64,000 nt of DNA from a virus, in IMG/VR virus record IMGVR_UViG_3300044988_000363. One strand, 5' to 3'. The position numbers and the translations under genes are program-made. This document shows, one piece after another, positions 58,377 through 64,000 of the stretch (its first letter is position 1; the number at the start of each line of letters is the position of its first letter). Under the pieces are notes generated by a model. It ran no database searches, was not told the DNA's origin, and saw only the letters and a list, made by a program, of their open reading frames with translations.

Positions 58377-59252
58377 TTATTCTCTCATCAAATCTTTTAG
58401 ATTATTGACCATGGTTTGTTTGAGGCTACTATCGATAACTCTTACAGATTTATTGAACTCATTTTTTTCATTTTCATGTTCCAAATAAGTAACCGGAGTC
58501 CAATAAGAATATTCTTCTTCTGATAGATTATTAGCGACAGAAGTAACAGAAGTGAAAACTGTATTCACTGTGCTTTCTCTTCCGTATATATAACTATTTT
58601 CTTTAATTACTACTGTGGCACTTGTGAAAAATGATCCGCTGACATGTTGAACATTTATCATATTGTTTGCAATTGATGCTATTTGTCCTGAGCCAGAATT
58701 AATTTCATCAAATACAATATCAACTATTTCGTCCACAATAAAGTTTGTGTTTGACACCTGATAGGAAACCATTTTATTTGTTACTATTTTCCAATCAACC
58801 TGTTTTCTCTTATACCCAATAATTTTGTTATTTGGTCCAAAATTTGGTTCCCAATAGTTTTTTAAGGTTTTGGGTAATGAGTTCCAGACTTCTACGTTAA
58901 TGTCCTCTACATTTGGCCAATCGTTTCTGTAAAACATAATTTTATCAGTAGCATTAACATATGAACCGTATTTTTTGGTGATATACTCTTGGAATTCTTC
59001 TGTGTGAAGATACCATTCGTAATATGGATCAACTATTTTATTGCCTAGATACAATATCCAACTTTTAAATGGATCTTGATAATAACGGTAACTTAGTTGA
59101 TCCGCTCTTTCGTTGGAAGTAATTTCATAAGGATAAAAAGCAAAAGGATCTGTTGAAACTTTTTCTAACAAAGCAACACGCTTTGTAATATCTACGGCAT
59201 TATTATTGCCGTAATTGATAATTGGGTGTTTGTCGAAATATCTATCTACCAT
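58377..59252 (-). CDS. gp53: Baseplate wedge subunit
   Basis: YFDKHP.I.Y, ERADQLSYRYY, WIL..N.IVDPYYEW, E...NE..KS. Confidence 0.85.
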   Translation of the reverse strand: MVDRYFDKHPIINYGNNNAVDITKRVALLEKVSTDPFAFYPYEITSNERADQLSYRYYQDPFKSWILYLGNKIVDPYYEWYLHTEEFQEYITKKYGSYVNATDKIMFYRNDWPNVEDINVEVWNSLPKTLKNYWEPNFGPNNKIIGYKRKQVDWKIVTNKMVSYQVSNTNFIVDEIVDIVFDEINSGSGQIASIANNMINVQHVSGSFFTSATVVIKENSYIYGRESTVNTVFTSVTSVANNLSEEEYSYWTPVTYLEHENEKNEFNKSVRVIDSSLKQTMVNNLKDLMRE

Positions 59253-59255
59253 GTC

Positions 59256-60020
59256 TTACTCTACGTATGTGTCTTTTTTCTGCAATTGAAGTTCTTTTAA
59301 TTGCATAGTAAGAGTTACAATTGTTGGTGCGCCACTTTTGAAAAACGATGGTCCTGCGCCTGTATAGTCCACCTGAACACCTAGAATAGCACAAGGCTTT
59401 AGTTTGAACAAATAATCATCTGGTCTAAATCTGACCATGGCAATATCTGGATATTTCATTAATCCGCCACCAAGAGAACCAGTTGAAGGCAAAGCAGATT
59501 TTTTGCATTTGTTGATAATATCCTTCAAATTATCAGAATCTTCTCTTGTATTCGGAGCTAATATCCAACTAAAAGTATATTCTTTGAAATTTGGTCTTTT
59601 GAACATCATAAACTGGAATGGATTTACAGATTGTCCAGTAAAAGTTCCAGCCATATCAACACCAGCTGTCAAGCCAGTCATAACACCGCCAAGTCCCTGT
59701 GCTACTCTAGCAACTGCACCAGCACCAAATGTGCTAGCTATACCAGCCCCTGCATTTAAAAGCTGTGGTGCTGCTTGTGTTCCTGACCATTCTTCCCAAA
59801 TAATACTTTCATTATCATTAATTCTTCTTGGAATGGGTAATCTAACTCCTCCACCAAAGGAAAGAGCTCCTAAACCAGTTGCAGTGGCATATTCGTAACT
59901 TTGGAAGTTTATTTCGGTATAGTATTCTCTACCATTTGTGATGAGATCCGAAGGGAAGGTCATGCCCGCCCCGCTTCCGATATTTCTTCCCGGTGGTTGT
60001 GGAAAATTAGGTACTGCCAT
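59256..60020 (-). CDS. gp48: Baseplate tail-tube cap
   Basis: LPIP, NP..MMFKRPNFKEYTFSW..P, YPD, VDYT, LTMQLKE. Confidence 0.8.
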   Translation of the reverse strand: MAVPNFPQPPGRNIGSGAGMTFPSDLITNGREYYTEINFQSYEYATATGLGALSFGGGVRLPIPRRINDNESIIWEEWSGTQAAPQLLNAGAGIASTFGAGAVARVAQGLGGVMTGLTAGVDMAGTFTGQSVNPFQFMMFKRPNFKEYTFSWILAPNTREDSDNLKDIINKCKKSALPSTGSLGGGLMKYPDIAMVRFRPDDYLFKLKPCAILGVQVDYTGAGPSFFKSGAPTIVTLTMQLKELQLQKKDTYVE

Positions 60021-60039
60021 GATTCCCTTTTATTATTTG

Positions 60040-60060
60040 AATAAATATAGTTTATTTATT
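60040..60060. promoter_or_regulatory. Divergent pair of late promoters
   Basis: AATAAATA (+, 60040-60047) and AATAAATA (-, 60053-60060) at the strand switch. Confidence 0.65.
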
Positions 60061-60073
60061 AGTGATATAGAAC

Positions 60074-60529
60074 ATGGCTAAGTATCAAGGTTATTTTAAA
60101 CCAAGGAATCCTCAAAAATACAAAGGCGATCCAACCAACATTATTTATCGTTCTCGATGGGAATTATTAGTAATGAGTCGATTTGATATTGACCCTAACA
60201 TAATATGGTGGTCTTCAGAGGAGACTATAATACCATATAGATCGCCAGTTGATAATAGAATACATCGCTATTATGTGGATTTTACTGCAAAAATGAATAA
60301 GCCTGGAGGCGGGACTAGAACTGTGCTCATAGAGGTAAAACCCTTCAAGCAAACGCAGCCGCCAACTATTACTGAAAGCAAAAAGAAAAGTCGAAAATAT
60401 GTTAATGAAGTTATGACTTGGGGTGTAAATTCAGCCAAATGGAAAGCTGCTCGTGAATACTGCAAAGATAGAGGATTTGAATTCATAATAATGACAGAAA
60501 ACGAACTAGGATTACCGAAAGGTTATTAA
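60074..60529 (+). CDS. gp4: Head completion nuclease (TnsA-like fold)
   Basis: PRNPQKYKGD, YRSRWE, WSSEE, HRYYVDF, IEVKP, NSAKWKAA. Confidence 0.93.
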   Translation: MAKYQGYFKPRNPQKYKGDPTNIIYRSRWELLVMSRFDIDPNIIWWSSEETIIPYRSPVDNRIHRYYVDFTAKMNKPGGGTRTVLIEVKPFKQTQPPTITESKKKSRKYVNEVMTWGVNSAKWKAAREYCKDRGFEFIIMTENELGLPKGY

Positions 60530-61104
60530 TGCCAAATACGTTCAATGACCTTCTAAGAGCCTCTGCCCGAGCTTTAGCTGACAAATCTCTTTCAGCTGAG
60601 GATTGGTTCAATGATTCTGTCGAAGATTTAAAATCAAATAAGACCAAAGCAGAACCAAACAAATATTTTAAAAAGATGTCATTGCCTCAAATTGGAGGAA
60701 TGTACCTTTATTTGTATGATCCAAAATACAAAGCCACCCTTCCTTTTTACGATATGTATCCATTAACTATGCCCGTTGAGATGTATATAGACGGATTTTT
60801 GGGTATCAACCTACATTATCTTCCGGCATTGGCCAGAGTCAGGTTATTAAACTCTTTAGTAGAATTTACTGACGAAAATAAATATAAAATGAATAAAAGG
60901 CTTAGTTTGTCTTATGAAATTTTAAGAGGTTATTCAAACGTCTTTAAAGGCGTTGATGGGTGTATAAAGAGATATCTTTATAGTCATGTTAGAAGTTCGT
61001 TTCATGAAGTTGACCCGTCTAATTGGGAAAAGGCTGCTGTGTTGCCAATTCATAGATGGAAAATAAACTCAAATAAAAGATATGCTGGTTCACCACCTTA
61101 CTAG
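60529..61104 (+). CDS. gp2: DNA end protector protein
   Basis: YDPKYKATLPFYDMYP, GFLGINLHYLP, CIKRYL..HV. Confidence 0.92.
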   Translation: MPNTFNDLLRASARALADKSLSAEDWFNDSVEDLKSNKTKAEPNKYFKKMSLPQIGGMYLYLYDPKYKATLPFYDMYPLTMPVEMYIDGFLGINLHYLPALARVRLLNSLVEFTDENKYKMNKRLSLSYEILRGYSNVFKGVDGCIKRYLYSHVRSSFHEVDPSNWEKAAVLPIHRWKINSNKRYAGSPPY

Positions 61105-61112
61105 GGACTAAA

Positions 61113-61805
61113 ATGGCTTTTAACATAAACAAGTTTTCAACTAATATAAGAGATTTCGGATACCTAGATAATAATTCTTTTGAGGTATTTGTTCAAACAC
61201 CACCAGTTATGACGCAAAACGGTGGTGCTTTGGGCAATCAGGGCACTCCTGTTTCGTTAAAACAAATATCTGAAAATATGTCTTTCAGAGTTGATCAAGT
61301 CAGAGCTCCTGGTATTTCTCTTATTTCTTCAGACATCAATCATTACGGTATAGGTCCAACTCAAAAGAAACCAACAAACGCCCAATATCAAGAAACTAAT
61401 ATTTCTATGATTGGTGATCATTTTTGCGAATTTTGGCAATATTGGTATCAATGGACTAGATCTATTTTCCAGTATAGTGGAACTTCTACAGGTCAAGCGC
61501 CAACATATACAGCTGAATACAAAGATCAGTATTCATCAACAATAGTAATTGTAATTTACGATCATTATGGAAACTCAATTCAGAAAATTAACTTATTTGA
61601 AGCGTTTCCGAGTGCATTAAGAGAAATACCGCTTTCATGGGGTGATGGTAATTTGATGAGAATTAATGTTTCTTTAGCTTATACTGAATATACAATTGAG
61701 GGTTCATCAATTTTAAGAACCAGATCGCAACCAGGTGGACTATCAACAGCAAAAGAACGAGAAACTATAGGTGTTGGTGTGGGATCATCACAATCAATAT
61801 TTTAA
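61113..61805 (+). CDS. Tail tube initiator (gp54/gp19-like)
   Basis: Tube-fold motifs, LFEAFP..L..W; upstream of gp26. Confidence 0.7.
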   Translation: MAFNINKFSTNIRDFGYLDNNSFEVFVQTPPVMTQNGGALGNQGTPVSLKQISENMSFRVDQVRAPGISLISSDINHYGIGPTQKKPTNAQYQETNISMIGDHFCEFWQYWYQWTRSIFQYSGTSTGQAPTYTAEYKDQYSSTIVIVIYDHYGNSIQKINLFEAFPSALREIPLSWGDGNLMRINVSLAYTEYTIEGSSILRTRSQPGGLSTAKERETIGVGVGSSQSIF

Positions 61806-61823
61806 TCATAATGGAGTTTTAAT

Positions 61824-62537
61824 ATGTCATCATTGCCTAAAATTGATTATCCAGTTTATAGAGTAAATGTTCCTTCCTTGAAAAAGGAATTTCAGTTTAG
61901 ACCTTTCTTAGTTAAAGAAGAAAAACTGTTATTAATGGCTAAAGAAAGTGAACAGGCAACGGATATTCTCTCAGCAATCAAACAAATCATCAATAATTGT
62001 TCTATTGATTCTAAATTTGACATTGATAAGCTGGCGCTCTTTGATCTTGAGTATATTTTTCTCAAATTAAGGTCAATTTCAGTGGATAATATCGTAAAAG
62101 TTTCATACAAAGATTCTGAAGACGATAAAACATACGATTTTGAGATCGATCTCAATAAAATTGAAGTAAATTTTCCTGAAAAAATTATTAATAACATAAA
62201 AATCACCGATAAATCGGGTATTGTTATGAAATATCCTTCTGCAAAACTGTATGACGACAAAGAATTTTTGAGTTTAGAGAAAGATTACATATTTGAGCTC
62301 ATAGTTCGTTGTATCGATTCAATTTATTATGAAGATCAGATCTATAAAGCAAGCGATTATAAAAAACAGGATCTAGTAGACTTTCTAGAAAACCTCAATA
62401 TTAAGGTTTTTGAAGAAATTCAGAAGTTTTTACTTAATATTCCTAAGATCGAATATGTAATTAAGTATGAAAATACAGCAGGGACAAAACGAGAGATCGT
62501 TTTGAATTCGTTAAACGATTTTTTTACATGGCGCTGA
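61824..62537 (+). CDS. gp26: Baseplate hub assembly chaperone
   Basis: LPKI..P, FRPFLVKEEKLLLMA, FDLEYIFLKLRSISV, MKYP, ends LNDFF. Confidence 0.9.
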   Translation: MSSLPKIDYPVYRVNVPSLKKEFQFRPFLVKEEKLLLMAKESEQATDILSAIKQIINNCSIDSKFDIDKLALFDLEYIFLKLRSISVDNIVKVSYKDSEDDKTYDFEIDLNKIEVNFPEKIINNIKITDKSGIVMKYPSAKLYDDKEFLSLEKDYIFELIVRCIDSIYYEDQIYKASDYKKQDLVDFLENLNIKVFEEIQKFLLNIPKIEYVIKYENTAGTKREIVLNSLNDFFTWR

Positions 62538-62593
62538 GTCATAATTCGTTGGGTAACTATTTCTCAACGATATTTTCATTGGCCCAGCACCAT
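62519..62593 (+). promoter_or_regulatory. Candidate -1 ribosomal frameshift signal
   Basis: T TTT TTT heptamer in the gp26 frame followed by a nested stem-loop (62528-62593). Confidence 0.6.
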
Positions 62594-62707
62594 AAATATT
62601 CAATTAGTGATATTGAACACCTTATGCCATTTGAAAGAGATATCTATGTTCAGATGTTAGTTGATTATCTTAAAGAAGTAGAAGAACTCAAAAATAAGAG
62701 CAAATAA
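62528..62707 (+). CDS. gp51: Baseplate hub assembly catalyst (gp51-like), 59 aa
   Basis: Not in ORF track. MALSHNSLGNYFSTIFSLAQHHKYSISDIEHLMPFERDIYVQMLVDYLKE...; -1 frame relative to gp26. Confidence 0.85.
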   Translation: MALSHNSLGNYFSTIFSLAQHHKYSISDIEHLMPFERDIYVQMLVDYLKEVEELKNKSK

Positions 62708-64000
62708 ATGGAACAAGCAGAACTTTCGCAACTCTCAGGCACAATTCGTTCAGCGATGGGAGATTCCGCTGGACAATTCAGAGAAGCTGCGGAAAGAGGA
62801 AATGCTAATTTATCTAAGATTATGGGAACTATTGCTGCTGCTATTAAGGCACAGCGACAGGATCTTAATGATCTTCAAAATGTTATGCAGGAAAACGAAA
62901 GTGTATCTGAAAGAAATTCTTCTACATTACAAGCAATTCAATCTGAACTTCAAGACATAAATTCTGGCATACATGATATGGCTACTGGCATAAAAAATAT
63001 GGCCAGAGGAATAGCAAACGTTGATAATAGTATATTTCGCCTAAATCAAGACCTTCAATCTTCAATTGGACAAAGTCTATTACCAGGATTATTAACTGGT
63101 CTTAGCGGAACAGCTATGTCCATAGTTAAAGGTATTGGTGCATTGGCTATGGGAGGTTTGGCTTTTGGTGCGGGTAAAACTGCAATGGACTTTATGACTG
63201 GAGGTGGTGCTGGCGGCGCTGGTGGAGGTCTCGGCGGCGCTGGTGGCGGAGTCAAACAGGTAAGCAATCCTGTTATGGCAAAGGACATATATAGCTACCT
63301 GACTAAAGAAAAAGGTATAGACCACGAACACGCTGTAGGAATGTTAGCTAATATACAAAATGAATCAAAATTTAATTCAGGCGCATATAATCGCAACGAC
63401 GTTAATGGTCCATCTGGCGGTTTGTTCCAACATCATGATAATTTAAGAACTGGTGAACATAGATTCACTGACATGACTAGAGCAGCTGGACCTGACTGGC
63501 AGAAAAATTGGAAAGGGCAAATTGATTACGCTCTGACCGAAGGCGAAATGAAATCTTATTTAAAAACTCCAGTTTCTAGCGGCCAAGAAGCGGCTGCTCA
63601 ATTTGTTTATAAATTTGAAAAACCAAGAGATCAAGCTGGAGAAGCATCAAAAAGAGCAGGGAATGTTGCAGCTGTAGAAAAAGCGATTGTTGGTGGTGGT
63701 GGGGCTGGAGCTACCAAAGGAGCTTCTGAAAGTGGAGCAACTCCACAATCTTCGCCAATGCAATCTAAGTTTGAACAACCACCAGTTTCTTCTGAAGGCG
63801 TTTCTAGAGTTGAGAAAATTGGTGGCGAACACGGACATGGTCCCATAAGTGGCGCTGCGGAACATAATCACAATGAAAAAGAAGCTGGTATTGGTAAAAT
63901 GCCTGCATTGCCTGGAGGCGACATAGTTGCTTTAGGTAGAGCACTACAAGCACAAGGAATAAGAGTTTCAGAACATCCAGCGTTTAATGGCGTTCATCCG
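62708..64000 (+). CDS. Tape-measure-like (gp29-position) protein with phage tail lysozyme domain; partial
   Basis: Open from ATG 62708 to the window end. Helical N-terminus, hydrophobic Gly/Ala segment, AVGMLANIQNESKFN...GGLFQH...QIDY...FEKP lysozyme-type motifs. Confidence 0.75.
   Translation, partial: MEQAELSQLSGTIRSAMGDSAGQFREAAERGNANLSKIMGTIAAAIKAQRQDLNDLQNVMQENESVSERNSSTLQAIQSELQDINSGIHDMATGIKNMARGIANVDNSIFRLNQDLQSSIGQSLLPGLLTGLSGTAMSIVKGIGALAMGGLAFGAGKTAMDFMTGGGAGGAGGGLGGAGGGVKQVSNPVMAKDIYSYLTKEKGIDHEHAVGMLANIQNESKFNSGAYNRNDVNGPSGGLFQHHDNLRTGEHRFTDMTRAAGPDWQKNWKGQIDYALTEGEMKSYLKTPVSSGQEAAAQFVYKFEKPRDQAGEASKRAGNVAAVEKAIVGGGGAGATKGASESGATPQSSPMQSKFEQPPVSSEGVSRVEKIGGEHGHGPISGAAEHNHNEKEAGIGKMPALPGGDIVALGRALQAQGIRVSEHPAFNGVHP

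Noticed and set aside
60074-60529. Tn7 TnsA-like transposase
   Set aside because: Fold is shared with T4 gp4; synteny with gp2 and absence of other transposon genes favour head completion protein
250-63871. Many short opposite-strand or alternate-frame ORFs in the track (e.g. 36827-37255, 59437-59898, 61892-62260)
   Set aside because: Shadows of real genes caused by codon bias; no SD or recognisable motifs
1-64000. tRNA/rRNA genes, inteins or stop-codon reassignment
   Set aside because: Intergenic gaps are too small and no cloverleaf was seen; core genes are full length in the standard code with no intein-sized inserts

Overview
Structural and late core of a large AT-rich T4-like myovirus genome with a cyanophage/alphaproteobacterial-phage-like layout: VrlC-type baseplate protein, gp23 directly next to gp3, and no gp24/gp10/gp11/gp12 visible in the window. 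The host cannot be assigned from sequence alone. The minus strand (1-60020) carries gp46 (partial), gp47, gp55, uvsW, uvsY, gp3, the head cluster gp23-gp20, gp19, gp18, gp17, gp16, gp15, gp14 and gp13. These are followed by a ~19-kb block of mosaic, repeat-rich fibre/adhesin genes containing a free-standing GIY-YIG homing endonuclease, then VrlC-like, gp8, gp9-like, gp7, gp6, gp25, PAAR, a gp5 locus split into separate genes, gp27-like, gp53 and gp48. The plus strand (60074-end) carries gp4, gp2, gp54-like, gp26, a small gp51 missed by the ORF track, and a tape-measure-like gene with a lysozyme domain running off the window. T4-type late promoters (TATAAATA and variants) precede many structural genes. 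Most notable: (1) a candidate -1 programmed frameshift (U7 slippery site plus long hairpin) fusing gp26 to gp51 just upstream of the tape measure, like lambda G/GT; (2) extreme N-x-S/T sequon enrichment in surface-exposed virion proteins, suggesting possible virion N-glycosylation; (3) a tandem array of divergent receptor-binding-like tip genes, with exact repeats shared between fibre genes; (4) a split gp5 with an inserted Gly-rich protein; (5) a hairpin/late-promoter translational switch on the homing endonuclease; (6) convergent sigma70-type promoters across uvsY-uvsW. All product calls come from motif recognition and synteny; no searches were run.
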